DNA from: Phycisphaeraceae bacterium
GTDB lineage: Bacteria; Planctomycetota; Phycisphaerae; Phycisphaerales; Phycisphaeraceae
Length of the DNA: 64,000 bases
Direction: 5' to 3'
Assembly: GCA_028277745.1 (NCBI GenBank)
Contig: JANQFR010000068.1
Location: forward strand, 110,676-174,675
Shown piece after piece: positions 37,205 through 47,200 of this stretch (positions within the stretch are counted from its first letter, which is position 1; each line of letters begins with the position of its first letter). Under the pieces are notes generated by a model that did not search any database, was not told the DNA's origin, and was given only the letters and a program-made list of their open reading frames with translations. The translations under genes were made by a program, and so were the position numbers.

Positions 37205-38338
37205 ATGATTTTATGTGTCTTTATCATTATCACAATGGCTGCGGTAAGTGACGTGTCGAATCCAAATAAAGAAGTGGCTCAAACTATGTTAGTTGTCGCA
37301 AAGGCATGGCAGGCAAACCAGAATCATCTCCAGACATGGACAGGCGATGTTGATCTTTCGCATTCTCTTAGTGATCAAGGCGGGGCAATTGTTGATAACA
37401 AAGGAAAAATTGATTTTGCTTATGATTCCATGACGAGGAATTATTACTCCAAATGGAATCGGGGGGAGGCAAAAGATCAGGCGACTTTCAGATATGCTGA
37501 AATGCGCAAGGATGGAAAATTTTTTACTTATTCAGATTTAAGCGGGAGCAGGGTGTTAACGATTGATGTGGAAAAGCAAAGTAACTTTAATCGACACGAT
37601 CGGCGTTTTGTGCCCCAGGAATTGTTTTCTCCAAATGGATTAGATGTCTACGGATTATTTACGAAGCTATCGACGCAACCTGATGTAGAGCAATTTTCAT
37701 CAGTGGAAAAGATCGGTGAGATTGTAACCGTGACGATCGAGGATGATGACGTTCTAAACATATATGAGTTTGACGTCGGGAAAGGAAATTTGATTTCGTA
37801 TAGAGGTATTTCAAAGGACAAAAGTGCCGATGAAAAATGGACATGGGAATATACGAATATTTCGGGTGTTTGGGTGCCAACGAAGATCATTCACTCGGTC
37901 ACTGCTGCAGGTTCGAGTGGGCCGGTAAAAATTGATCGAGTCACCACGATAGTCAAGCAGACAGTGAATCAGCCGCTGCCTCCGGATGCGTTTGCAATTG
38001 ATCATTTGGGCGTTAAGGCTGGCGACTTCGTTAAGGATCATATATTGAACTTTGTGTACGAATACTCGGGAGAGGATGCGATTGCGAAGGTCACAGACAT
38101 GCCGGAAGATCCATCATATTTTGTGGCGGACGCAGAGATGCCTGTTGACATAGAGGCAAATTCTGATCTTTCTGAGCCGTCGCCTTCTGTTAGATCTAAC
38201 GAGAGAACCGCAAATAGCAATGGTGAATATCGCTACGCTGTAGCAGGTGCGGTAAGCGTATTAGTTGTGATGCTTATTATCTTCGCCTTGCGGTTTTATC
38301 GAAGCCGTAGCGGATGGCCAAAGAATCCTAAGATATGA
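37205..38338 (+). CDS. Hypothetical membrane-anchored protein encoded in a 42% GC islet
   Basis: N-terminal anchor MILCVFIIITMAAV, C-terminal TM AVAGAVSVLVVMLIIFAL; codon usage is AT-rich (Lys/Asn/Ile-rich), unlike any neighbour. Confidence 0.55.
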   Translation: MILCVFIIITMAAVSDVSNPNKEVAQTMLVVAKAWQANQNHLQTWTGDVDLSHSLSDQGGAIVDNKGKIDFAYDSMTRNYYSKWNRGEAKDQATFRYAEMRKDGKFFTYSDLSGSRVLTIDVEKQSNFNRHDRRFVPQELFSPNGLDVYGLFTKLSTQPDVEQFSSVEKIGEIVTVTIEDDDVLNIYEFDVGKGNLISYRGISKDKSADEKWTWEYTNISGVWVPTKIIHSVTAAGSSGPVKIDRVTTIVKQTVNQPLPPDAFAIDHLGVKAGDFVKDHILNFVYEYSGEDAIAKVTDMPEDPSYFVADAEMPVDIEANSDLSEPSPSVRSNERTANSNGEYRYAVAGAVSVLVVMLIIFALRFYRSRSGWPKNPKI

Positions 38339-38426
38339 TTGCCAAAGTCATAATCATATCTGTAGCTGGTGTTGGCGTGGTCGCTGCCTTGACTTGCGGC
38401 GGGTGAGCGCGGGGCAGGCCCCGCGG

Positions 38427-39539
38427 CTATATGGGGGCTTTTTCATCGCGAGGATGGCGGTGCTCGTGGCGTAGCTGCCCGCAAGCGGCGGCGATGTCGC
38501 GGCCGCGGCTGGCGCGGATGTGGATGTTGACGCCCCGGCTTCGGAGGATCGCCTGGAAACGATGAACGTCATCGTCCTCCGGCCTCTCGAAAGGCAGCCC
38601 GTTGACTTCGTTGTACCGGATCAGGTTGACGTTGCTGCGCAGGCGTCGGGCGACGCCGGCGAGCTCGTGGGCGTGGCCGGGCTGATCGTTGACCCCGGCC
38701 AGGAGGATGTACTCCAGGGTGACCTCGCGGCCGGTGCGGTCGAAGTAGAACCGGCCGGCGTCCACGAGTTGCTCGATGGTGACGAACTCCGCCCAAGGGA
38801 TGATCCGACGGCGGATCTCATCGTTGGGCGCGTGCAGCGAGACGGCGAGGGTGATGGGCAGGTCGAGTTCGGCGAGGCGCCGGACCTGGGCGGGCAGGCC
38901 GACGGTGCTGAGGGTAATGCGTCGGGCGGCGATCGCCGGGCCCCAGTCGGCGTTGAGGATGCGGATCGCGCGGGTCACGTTCTCGTAGTTCGACAGCGGT
39001 TCGCCCATGCCCATGAAGACCACGTTGCTGATCCGTTCGACCCCGGGGAGACGGGCGAGCTGCCAGACCTGCTGCACGATCTGGCCGGCGGTCAGGTTGC
39101 CGTCCAGTCCCCCCAGGCCCGACGCGCAGAATCTGCACCCGACGGGGCAGCCGACCTGGCTGGAGATGCACGCGGTGCGGCGGCCGGGGGCGGGGATCAT
39201 GACGCATTCGGTCTGCGACGCGGTGTCGCCCAACACGGGCAGGGCGGCGCCGGCGTTCGACGGGCCGCCCGCCTCGAGCGACCAGTCGATCAGGAGTTTC
39301 TGAACGCCGTCGGTCGCCTCCTGGCGTTGGATCACGCCCCCGTCAACGAAGGTGAGCCGGTCGCGGAGGGTGTCGCGGTCGCGCCTGGAGAGGTTGGTCA
39401 TGGCCGCGGGGTCGGCGACGCCGTGGCGGTAGACCCATTCGAGGACCTGGTCGGCGCGGAAGCGGGGCATGCCCCAGGACGCGACGAGGTCGCGCAGGGC
39501 CCCGGGCGTGAGTTCGAACAGGTGCGGCCGGTCCGTCAT
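38427..39539 (-). CDS. rlmN: 23S rRNA (adenine2503-C2)-methyltransferase RlmN (radical SAM)
   Basis: ACISSQVGCPVGCRFCASG cluster motif and an RlmN-type N-terminus; start at ATG 39539 (MTDRPHLFELTP). The upstream in-frame extension looks non-coding. Confidence 0.85.
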   Translation of the reverse strand: MTDRPHLFELTPGALRDLVASWGMPRFRADQVLEWVYRHGVADPAAMTNLSRRDRDTLRDRLTFVDGGVIQRQEATDGVQKLLIDWSLEAGGPSNAGAALPVLGDTASQTECVMIPAPGRRTACISSQVGCPVGCRFCASGLGGLDGNLTAGQIVQQVWQLARLPGVERISNVVFMGMGEPLSNYENVTRAIRILNADWGPAIAARRITLSTVGLPAQVRRLAELDLPITLAVSLHAPNDEIRRRIIPWAEFVTIEQLVDAGRFYFDRTGREVTLEYILLAGVNDQPGHAHELAGVARRLRSNVNLIRYNEVNGLPFERPEDDDVHRFQAILRSRGVNIHIRASRGRDIAAACGQLRHEHRHPRDEKAPI

Positions 39540-39572
39540 GAAACCCCGTATTGTATCGCTATGATTTAAGCC

Positions 39573-39974
39573 ATGGTGACCGACAGGGACCGGCGCATCT
39601 TTGACGCGATATTGGATCAGGAGGTCGACGCGCTGCCGGACGATGTTTACGGCTGGCTCGACGAGGTGCCGCTGATTGTGGAGGACGAGCCCTCGGCGGC
39701 GGTGCTCGAAGCGATGGGGATGGAGGCGGACGACGAGGAGCTGTGCGGCCTGCACTGGGGCACGCCGCTGACCGACCGCTCGGTCGAGGGCGGGCAGGCG
39801 TCCCTGCCGGACCGGATGATGCTGTTCCGCGGGCCGATCATCCGTCTGGCGCGAGAATCCTATCGGGGCGGTCGGGCGGAGCTTCGGCGGCAGATCCGGA
39901 TCACGCTGCTGCACGAGATCGGGCACCATTTCGGGCTGGACGAAGACGACCTCGACGCCTTGGGTTACGGTTGA
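39573..39974 (+). CDS. Metallopeptidase family protein (zincin-like, HExxH)
   Basis: LLHEIGHHFGLDEDDLDALG, a small acidic protein of the DUF1025-type family. Confidence 0.65.
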   Translation: MVTDRDRRIFDAILDQEVDALPDDVYGWLDEVPLIVEDEPSAAVLEAMGMEADDEELCGLHWGTPLTDRSVEGGQASLPDRMMLFRGPIIRLARESYRGGRAELRRQIRITLLHEIGHHFGLDEDDLDALGYG

Positions 39975-40060
39975 TCGAGGGGATCGGCCAAGCTAACTTG
40001 ACCGTCCGGAAACCTCCTGCCCGCGTCCGGCCGCGCCGCCGCTGACTCCCCGAACCGCTC

Positions 40061-41713
40061 ATGCTGAAGCTCGCCACCCTCTTGGAAAACCCCGGAGAAC
40101 CCCCGTCCGACTCGCAGTACCGCGACCCCGCCGTGCTCAAGGAATTGGGTTACACCGGCCTGGTCGTTTACGAAACCACGGCGTTGTCGGGCGTGGAGAG
40201 CCCGGACCTGTTGGGCGACGGCGAGATGAGGCGGTGGGTGTCGAATCATTTCGACCACGTGGGGCAGACGATCGAAGCGGCGGACCGGGCGGGGCTGTCG
40301 GTCTATGTGTTCTACGACGTTCCTGTGTTGCCGCGCGATGTGGTGGACCGCAACGTGGCGGGGCTGACCTGCAAGCACCGTCCGTCGACGCTGTGTCCGG
40401 CGAGCGAGGCGATGCTGGAGTTGTCGGCGCGGGCGCTGGACGCCCAGTTGAGGCGGTGGCCGGATGTGGCGGGGATCGCGCTTCGGTTTGGCGACACGGA
40501 CGCGGGGCGGTTGCCGTACCTGGTGGGGAACGATCTGTATTCGCCGCACTGCCCGCGTTGCAGTCAGTTCGGCCGGGCGGACCGGATCGTCGCGCTGCTG
40601 GAGCGGTTTTATGACCTGGTGGTGCGGCAACACGGCAAGCGGCTGATCGTGCGGGCCTGGAACGTCCGGCCCGGCGGGCTGCACGACTCGGTGGACCTGG
40701 CGCAGCGCGTCATCGATCGCATGCCCGGCGACGAGGCCGACGACCGGCTGATGCTGTCGTTCAAATTCACGCACACCGATTTCTGGCGCTATCAGCAATG
40801 GAACCCGTGCAGCCTGCTGTGCACCGAACGGCCGGTGATCTACGAGTTGCAGTGCCAGCGGGAGTTTGAAGGCAAGGGTGGGATCCCCAACTGGCAGGCC
40901 CCGTTGTGGCGTGACGGTTATCCCGAGACCTCGCACGAGTCGCGGGTGAACGGGCTGGCCGAGGCGAGCAAGGCGGTGAACCTTGCGGGGCTCTGGGCGT
41001 GGGTGCGTGGCGGGGGCTGGGGCGGTCCGTTTGTGAGCAACGAGGCGTGGATCGACGCCAACGTGTACGCCGTGCCGCGGCTGGCGGACGATCCGGAGAG
41101 CGAGTCGGGCGAACTGGGGCGCGAATGGATCAGACGGCGGCTGGGCGTGGAGGACGAAGATGCGGCCTCGCAGTTGCTCGATATCCTCGCGCACTCGCCC
41201 GAGATGATCCGCCACGCGTTTTACATCGGCCCGGCGGCCCGGGCGAAGGGCGATCCCTGGCACCCCAGCGCCGACTGGGTGCAGGACGACGTGCTGGACG
41301 CCAACGCGGCGTGGCGGATGATCCAGCGGCTCCCGGATGACCAGCTGGACGCCGTGGTCGCCGAGAAGCAGGCCGCCGCCGCCCAGATCGCCGCCGACCG
41401 CGCCCACCTCCAGCAACTCGTCGGCGACCGCAACCACCCCAAGCTGGAGCGTCTGCTTAACACGCTGCTGTACACCGAATCGTTCTTCGAGGCCCTGCGC
41501 GACCTGCTCGCGGGCCTCGTCGCCTATCGTCGCTACCAGAAAAGCAAGAACGCCGGCGCCGCCGACATCGTTCGGCAGAAGCTGTTCGCCGCCCAGGCTC
41601 ATTGGAATCATCACACTCAACGTTTCAGCGCCCTGCCCGGCGCCGCCACCGCTTTCCGCGAGCGCGGCTTCTGGGACCTGACGCAACGCATCCTCGCCGA
41701 GGTCGGCGGCTGA
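40061..41713 (+). CDS. Hypothetical protein (possible carbohydrate-active TIM-barrel enzyme)
   Basis: 550-aa ORF with balanced coding composition; the overlapping 704-aa minus-strand ORF is an Arg/Pro/Val-rich shadow. Confidence 0.5.
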   Translation: MLKLATLLENPGEPPSDSQYRDPAVLKELGYTGLVVYETTALSGVESPDLLGDGEMRRWVSNHFDHVGQTIEAADRAGLSVYVFYDVPVLPRDVVDRNVAGLTCKHRPSTLCPASEAMLELSARALDAQLRRWPDVAGIALRFGDTDAGRLPYLVGNDLYSPHCPRCSQFGRADRIVALLERFYDLVVRQHGKRLIVRAWNVRPGGLHDSVDLAQRVIDRMPGDEADDRLMLSFKFTHTDFWRYQQWNPCSLLCTERPVIYELQCQREFEGKGGIPNWQAPLWRDGYPETSHESRVNGLAEASKAVNLAGLWAWVRGGGWGGPFVSNEAWIDANVYAVPRLADDPESESGELGREWIRRRLGVEDEDAASQLLDILAHSPEMIRHAFYIGPAARAKGDPWHPSADWVQDDVLDANAAWRMIQRLPDDQLDAVVAEKQAAAAQIAADRAHLQQLVGDRNHPKLERLLNTLLYTESFFEALRDLLAGLVAYRRYQKSKNAGAADIVRQKLFAAQAHWNHHTQRFSALPGAATAFRERGFWDLTQRILAEVGG

Positions 41714-41735
41714 CCCGACCGCAGGAGATTCGATC

Positions 41736-42779
41736 ATGGCCATGCGCACGCTCCGTGTTCTGGTGTGTCTGTTGCCCGCCTTGTGCGCGGCCGCCGACGA
41801 CAAGCCCAACGTCCACGTCCTGGCGACCGGCGGCACGATCGCCGGGGTGGCGGCGTCGGACGTCGATAAGGCGTACCAGCCCGCGAAACTGACGGTCCAG
41901 ACCCTGCTCGCGTCCGTGCCGCCGCTGGCCGGTATCGCCGAGATCGACGGCGAGCAGGTGGCGCAGATCGCCAGCCAGGACATGGATGATGCGATCTGGC
42001 TCAAGCTCGGTCGGCGTGTGAATGAGCTCCTTGTCGATCCGGATGTCGACGGCATTGTCATCACGCACGGCACCGACACCGTGGAGGAGACGGCTTATTT
42101 CCTCGAACTCATCTCCAAGAGTGATAAGCCGGTGGTCCTCACCGGCGCCATGCGTCCGGCGACGTCGCTGAGCGCTGATGGGCCGCTTAACCTCTACAAC
42201 GCGGTCGCCCTTGCCGCCCATCCCGACGCCGCCGGCCGAGGCGTGCTGGTCGTGGCGGATGACGCGGTCCACTTCGCCCGCGATGTCACCAAAGCCAACA
42301 CGACGCGGGTCGACGCGTTCATGTCGCCCAACAGCGGCCCGATCGGCGAGATCTACTACGGCAAGCCGCGGTTTTACCGCGTCCCGAGCCGGGCCGGCGA
42401 CGGCTTCGACCTCGCCGGGCTCGAGGCCTTGCCGCGGGTCGACATCGTTTACGCCCACACCAATATGGACGGCCGGCTCATCGACGCGGCGGCGGAGATC
42501 GGCGCCGAGGGCCTCGTCATCGCGGGCACGGGCAACGGCAACATGTCGCAGGCCGCGTTGGCGGCCGTCAAACGCGCCATTGACAAGGGCGTCGTCGTGG
42601 TGCGCAGCAACCGGACCGGATCGGGCGAGACCACCCGCAACCACGAGATCAACGACGACAAGCTTGGAACCGTGGCGGCCGACAACCTGAATCCCCAGAA
42701 GGCCCGCGTCCTGCTGAAGCTGGCCTTGACGCGGACCCACGAGCCGCGCGAGTTGCAGGAGATTTTTTACCGTTACTGA
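41736..42779 (+). CDS. ansB: L-asparaginase, type II (periplasmic)
   Basis: Signal peptide; active-site signatures LATGGTIAG and IVITHGTDTVEETAYFL. Confidence 0.9.
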   Translation: MAMRTLRVLVCLLPALCAAADDKPNVHVLATGGTIAGVAASDVDKAYQPAKLTVQTLLASVPPLAGIAEIDGEQVAQIASQDMDDAIWLKLGRRVNELLVDPDVDGIVITHGTDTVEETAYFLELISKSDKPVVLTGAMRPATSLSADGPLNLYNAVALAAHPDAAGRGVLVVADDAVHFARDVTKANTTRVDAFMSPNSGPIGEIYYGKPRFYRVPSRAGDGFDLAGLEALPRVDIVYAHTNMDGRLIDAAAEIGAEGLVIAGTGNGNMSQAALAAVKRAIDKGVVVVRSNRTGSGETTRNHEINDDKLGTVAADNLNPQKARVLLKLALTRTHEPRELQEIFYRY

Positions 42780-42803
42780 TCGCGGTCATCCGTCGGCTTG
42801 AAG

Positions 42804-42834
42804 ACCGCGGGCATTGCCCGCGGCTTTACTCTGC
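42804..42834. repeat. Repeat family C, copy 2 between the convergent ansB and amrS genes
   Basis: gaccgcgggcattgcccgcggctttactctgc. Confidence 0.5.
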
Positions 42835-42855
42835 GGGGCCGGCGCTAAACGACAA

Positions 42856-43965
42856 TCACCCCACCAGGACCGGCAGCCGCCGTCGCCCCCACTGGCCCGC
42901 CTCGCGTTCGAAGACGCCCGGCAGCGTCCGACCGCACTTCGGGCAGCCGCCGCGTTCGAGCGCAAAGCGGCCGATCGCGTAGCGGTTGCGTTCGATGAGC
43001 AACTCGCCGCACGCGGCGCAGCGCGTGCTTTCACGCCCGGGGTCGTAAACATTGCCGACGTAAACGTGATGCAGCCCAGCGTCGATCGCGATGTCGCGCG
43101 CATCGACCAGCGTTCGATGGGGCGTGGGAGGATGGTCCAGCATCTTGTAGTCGGGGTGGAAAGCCGTGAAGTGAAGCGGGACATCCGGGCCCAGGTGCTC
43201 GACGATCCAATCGCACATGCGGCGCGTTTCATCAGGGTCGTCGTTTTCGCCGGGGATGACGAGGGTGGTGATTTCAAACCAGACCGGGGTTTCACGTTTC
43301 AGGTAGACCAGCGTGTCGAGCACCGGCTGAAGCGAGGTCTGGGTCAGCTTGCGATAGAAGGCTTGGTTAAACGCCTTGAGGTCCACATTGGCGGCGTCCA
43401 TGTGCGCAAAAAATTCGCGGCGGGGCTCGGGGTCGATATAGCCCGCGGTCACCGCGACGGTCCGGACGCCGTGCTCCCGGGCGGTCCGGGCGATGTCGAT
43501 CGCGTACTCGGCCCATATCACCGGGTCGTTGTACGTAAACGCGATCGAGCGGCAGCCGTGTTCCAACGCCGCCCGCACAATGGCCTGGGGCGACGCCTCC
43601 CCGGCGAGCGTGTCCATCTGCCGTGACTTGGAGATGTCGTGGTTCTGGCAGAACTTGCAGCCGAGATTGCAGCCCGCGGTCCCCAGCGAAAGCACGGCCG
43701 TGCCGGGCAGGAAATGATTGAGCGGTTTCTTCTCGATCGGGTCGATGCAGAACCCGGAACTGCGCCCATACGTAGTAAGGATCAGACGCCCATCGACGTT
43801 GGCCCGCACGAAGCAGAAGCCGCGCGAACCGTCGGGGATGCGGCAATGCCTCGGGCACAACGTGCAGACCACTTTCCCGGTTTGCGGGTCGCGATGCCAC
43901 CAGCGGGTGGTGTCGGTCACGGTGGGCCTCCGCGTTTGGGTTGCTCGGCTGCCTTTATTTTCCAT
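42856..43965 (-). CDS. amrS: AmmeMemoRadiSam system radical SAM enzyme
   Basis: TTRWW...CTLCPRHCRIPDGSRGFCFVR N-terminal module and radical SAM GCNLGCKFCQN; 369 aa. No AMMECR1 or Memo partner genes nearby. Confidence 0.85.
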   Translation of the reverse strand: MENKGSRATQTRRPTVTDTTRWWHRDPQTGKVVCTLCPRHCRIPDGSRGFCFVRANVDGRLILTTYGRSSGFCIDPIEKKPLNHFLPGTAVLSLGTAGCNLGCKFCQNHDISKSRQMDTLAGEASPQAIVRAALEHGCRSIAFTYNDPVIWAEYAIDIARTAREHGVRTVAVTAGYIDPEPRREFFAHMDAANVDLKAFNQAFYRKLTQTSLQPVLDTLVYLKRETPVWFEITTLVIPGENDDPDETRRMCDWIVEHLGPDVPLHFTAFHPDYKMLDHPPTPHRTLVDARDIAIDAGLHHVYVGNVYDPGRESTRCAACGELLIERNRYAIGRFALERGGCPKCGRTLPGVFEREAGQWGRRRLPVLVG

Positions 43966-44025
43966 TCATCCGGCCGATGATCCAAGGACAAGTTCTGGCA
44001 TCCTGAAAACAAAGAGAGAATCGAC

Positions 44026-44271
44026 ATGAAAAAAGTCACCACCGCTCGCGACATCAACGGACACGACATGAAAAAGGGCGACATGGTCACGACCCTCCAC
44101 GGCGAGATGACCGGACGGGTCTGCGACCTGGCGATGGAGGACGGCATGGAGTTCGTACAGCTTCGGCCGATCTATCAGCCCTACGGCATCGGCGTGTGGC
44201 ACTCGGCGGATCGCGTGATCTTCGCCGCGGCCGGCCGGAAGCGGACCCGGTCCCAAACCACTGATAATTGA
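44026..44271 (+). CDS. Small hypothetical protein (81 aa)
   Basis: SD aagagaga upstream; followed by a strong intrinsic terminator. Confidence 0.4.
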   Translation: MKKVTTARDINGHDMKKGDMVTTLHGEMTGRVCDLAMEDGMEFVQLRPIYQPYGIGVWHSADRVIFAAAGRKRTRSQTTDN

Positions 44272-44338
44272 GCCGCCGGGCCCGCCAGCCCCTCCCTGGC
44301 CCCGCAATCATGAAAAACCGCCTATTTCGACCATTTGG

Positions 44339-44375
44339 CCTGCCGATCTTGAGAAAGATCGGCAGGTTTTTTTGC
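44339..44375 (+). terminator. Rho-independent terminator
   Basis: cctgccgatct-tgagaa-agatcggcagg followed by ttttttt. Confidence 0.75.
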
Positions 44376-44499
44376 CTATTTTCTCCCGTGAGGTAAAATA
44401 CCCCGCTTCAGGGGAGCCTCCTGAGGGCTCCCTGCCTTGGCGAAAACGGACGTCAAGGCCGTCGTTCGGGAGGGCGACGAAATAGGGATTAAGAGGGAA

Positions 44500-45135
44500 A
44501 TGAGACGACTTTCGAAGCTTCAACCCCGCCGTGCGCCAGCGTGGAAGCTGGCCGCAGCCGCCTGTTTCGCCGTAGCGGGCCTCGTCGCGGCCGTCGTGCT
44601 GTACGCCTCGCTGCGGGACGCCACGGGGCCCGCGGCCGTTGCGTCGTCCGCCCAACTCATGGCGGTAGACCCGCTCGAGCCCCGCGGAGACGACAGCCTC
44701 CCCCCGCCGGGCCGGTTGATCCGCTTCCTCGAAACGCCCGCCGCTTTGGCGCCGGCCACGACGCCTGCCGCCGCCGATCGGGATGTCCCGACGTTTGACG
44801 GGCGGCCGATCCGCCCCGTTCGGCAGATGCAGATGCTCGTGACCGCCTACAGCCCGGACGAGCGATCGTGCGGGATCTTCGCCGACGGGGTGACCGCCTC
44901 GGGCTACAGCGTCTGGACCAACGGGATGAAGCTGGTCGCGGCCGACACCCGGATCCTTCCGTTCGGCACCATTGTCTCGATCCCCGGCTACAACGGCGGC
45001 CGTCCGGTCCAAGTCCTCGACCGCGGGGGCAAGATCAAGGGCCATCGCCTGGACGTTCTCTATCCGACCCACGAGATCGCCTTGCAGTTCGGGGCGCAAC
45101 GGCTCGGGGTGACGGTGTGGGAATACGCCGACTGA
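44500..45135 (+). CDS. 3D domain-containing (MltA-like cell-wall-binding) membrane-anchored protein
   Basis: SD agaggga before ATG 44500; TM anchor; 3D-domain residues in LVTAYSPDERSCG...ADG...VAAD...LPFGT...IPGYNGG...VLDRGGKIKGHRLD. Confidence 0.7.
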   Translation: MRRLSKLQPRRAPAWKLAAAACFAVAGLVAAVVLYASLRDATGPAAVASSAQLMAVDPLEPRGDDSLPPPGRLIRFLETPAALAPATTPAAADRDVPTFDGRPIRPVRQMQMLVTAYSPDERSCGIFADGVTASGYSVWTNGMKLVAADTRILPFGTIVSIPGYNGGRPVQVLDRGGKIKGHRLDVLYPTHEIALQFGAQRLGVTVWEYAD

Positions 45136-45222
45136 CCCGGACAGACGCGGCAACTGAAACTTCCAAAGCCCGCCCGATTGGGCGGGTTTTTGTTTGAGGG
45201 AAGGCCGGGGCGTGTCCGCCGT

Positions 45223-45846
45223 TTACGTGGGCGGAGCCACATGCTCCAGCAGGTCGTCGAGAACGTCTTCGAGGTCGCCTTCGAGGACGTCGAGGCGGCC
45301 GGCGATGGCGAGGGTGGCCAGGCCGTGGAGGCCGATCCAGTAGCGGCCGGCCACCGTGCGCGTCAGGCGGTCGAGCTGCGGGGGTTGATGGCCATGGGCC
45401 GCCAGGCGCTCGCGGACCTTGTCAAGCAACGGCTGGAAGCCGCCGTGGAGCAGGTCGTGGTCTTCCGCGGGCATCGGGGTGTCGAACATCAGGCGGTAGA
45501 GATTGGGGTTTTCGAGGGCGAACGAGATGTAAGACACGGCGCCGCCGCGCCAGGAGTGGCAATCCTCAAGGGTGGAATGGGACTGACAATTGCTCTGGAG
45601 CATTTCAAACCCGCGTCGGGTCATGGAGCGTCGGAGCTCGTGCTGGCCATCGAAATAGGTGTAGAGGGTCATGGCGCCGACGTTGAGGCGGCCGGCGACG
45701 CCGCGGATGGTGACGGCGTCAGGCCCGTCCTCGTGGAGCAGGGCGAGGGCCGCGTCGACAATCAGCTCTCGCCGTTGCTCGTGATCGGCGTCTTTCCAGG
45801 CCGGCCGCTCGCCGGGGGTCATGGGATCAGCCGAGGTCTGGGTCAT
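45223..45846 (-). CDS. TetR/AcrR family transcriptional regulator
   Basis: N-terminal HTH VTIRGVAGRLNVGAMTLYTYF; divergent from the MFP-RND genes. Confidence 0.85.
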   Translation of the reverse strand: MTQTSADPMTPGERPAWKDADHEQRRELIVDAALALLHEDGPDAVTIRGVAGRLNVGAMTLYTYFDGQHELRRSMTRRGFEMLQSNCQSHSTLEDCHSWRGGAVSYISFALENPNLYRLMFDTPMPAEDHDLLHGGFQPLLDKVRERLAAHGHQPPQLDRLTRTVAGRYWIGLHGLATLAIAGRLDVLEGDLEDVLDDLLEHVAPPT

Positions 45847-45987
45847 GAGATCGAGAGGACCGAAATTCCTTGGGGGTCAAGTTGAATTATACCCGAAACT
45901 CTCGTACACTGTACCGAGTGTATCGTACAGCGTACGGTTCGTAAAGCGTTTTTTTGGGGTTAACGGGGGTCCGTTTACGCAGGGAAG

Positions 45988-47193
45988 GTGCGTTTCGTGT
46001 CTGAAACGAAGAGTCATTCGGGCGTGATGGCCGGGGCCGTCGTCGCGGCATTGGTGGTCGGGTTGTTGGCTGGAGCAGCTGCGGTCTGGTTCCTGGCCGG
46101 TGGAGGCGGGCCCCCGATGGCCGGCCCCGCGGGTGGGCCGCCGGACGGGATGCAGGGGCCGCCGCCGGCGCTGGTGCGTCTGGGTCAGGTCGAGATGCAG
46201 GAGCTGCAGCACCGGGTGCCGATCGTCGGCCGGCTGCGCGAACTGCAACGGTCGACCGTCGCGGCGGAGGTCGAGGGCAAGATCGTCAAACTGCCCGTCG
46301 AAGAGGGCGACCCGGTGGAGGGCGGCAAGACCGTGCTCGCGGAGATCGAAGAGACCTGGACCCAACTCGCGTTGAAGGCCGCCACGGCGGACGTGGCCTC
46401 GGCGAAGGCGACGCTGGACCAGTCGCTGCTCGACCTGACGCAGCTGGAACACTTGGCCGGCGTCAGCAGCGCCAAGCCGAAGGAGGTGGCCGACGCCCGC
46501 GCCCTGGCCGATTCGAATCAAGCCCGATACGACGCCGCGGTGGCCGCGCTGGAGCGTGTCGAGGAAGAGGTGGAGCGTCTGACCATCCTCGCGCCATTCA
46601 CGGGCGTGGTGACGGAGAAGTACGCCGAGGTCGGCGAATGGGTTGAACGCGGGACCGATGTGATCCAGCTGATCTCCTCGGGCCAGATCGATGCGCTGAT
46701 CGATGTGCCCGAGGCCCTGGTTAACAACCTCGATCTGGGAGACGTCGTCGCGGTGCGGATCGATCCGCTGGGCGTCGAGCGTGAAGGGGAGGTGGTGTCC
46801 ATCACGCCGTTGGGGATGAGCTCGGCCCGGACGTTCCCGGTGAAGGTGCGGATGGCGAATGAGGACGGCGTGCTGAAGGCGGGGATGAGCGTGACCGCCG
46901 AGGCGCCGGTGGGCGAGGTGTCGCATTGTCTGACGGTGCCGCGGGACGCGGTGTTGCAGACGGCAACGGGCCAGCAGGTCTGGGTGGCGTTGTCGGGCGA
47001 GGGCCCGATGCCGGCGGCCGTTCCGGTGCCGGTCAAGGTGCTGTTCGGCGCCGGTGATCGGTACGTGGTTCAACCGATCGGCGAGGCGCCGATGTTCGAG
47101 GGGGTGGGCGTGGTGATCGAGGGGGCTGAGCGTTTGTTCCCGGGGCGGCCGTTGCAGGACGCGGATGCCGGGCCGCGGGCGGCGGCGGAGTAG
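45988..47193 (+). CDS. Efflux RND transporter periplasmic adaptor subunit
   Basis: Lipoyl/barrel-sandwich hybrid motifs (VEGKIVKLPVEEGDPVEGGKTVLAEIE), coiled-coil hairpin, beta-barrel and MP domains; GTG start. Confidence 0.85.
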   Translation: MRFVSETKSHSGVMAGAVVAALVVGLLAGAAAVWFLAGGGGPPMAGPAGGPPDGMQGPPPALVRLGQVEMQELQHRVPIVGRLRELQRSTVAAEVEGKIVKLPVEEGDPVEGGKTVLAEIEETWTQLALKAATADVASAKATLDQSLLDLTQLEHLAGVSSAKPKEVADARALADSNQARYDAAVAALERVEEEVERLTILAPFTGVVTEKYAEVGEWVERGTDVIQLISSGQIDALIDVPEALVNNLDLGDVVAVRIDPLGVEREGEVVSITPLGMSSARTFPVKVRMANEDGVLKAGMSVTAEAPVGEVSHCLTVPRDAVLQTATGQQVWVALSGEGPMPAAVPVPVKVLFGAGDRYVVQPIGEAPMFEGVGVVIEGAERLFPGRPLQDADAGPRAAAE

Positions 47194-47200
47194 TTTGACG

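Noticed and set aside
38406-38445. Possible intrinsic terminator after the low-GC gene
   Set aside because: The cgcgggg/ccccgcg stem and the TTTTT run are separated by about 15 nt, so the geometry is not canonical. Noted as a possible shared terminator only.
39965-42079. 704-aa minus-strand ORF spanning two + strand genes
   Set aside because: Arg/His/Pro/Val-rich composition. The + strand encodes a well-behaved 550-aa protein and an unambiguous asparaginase.
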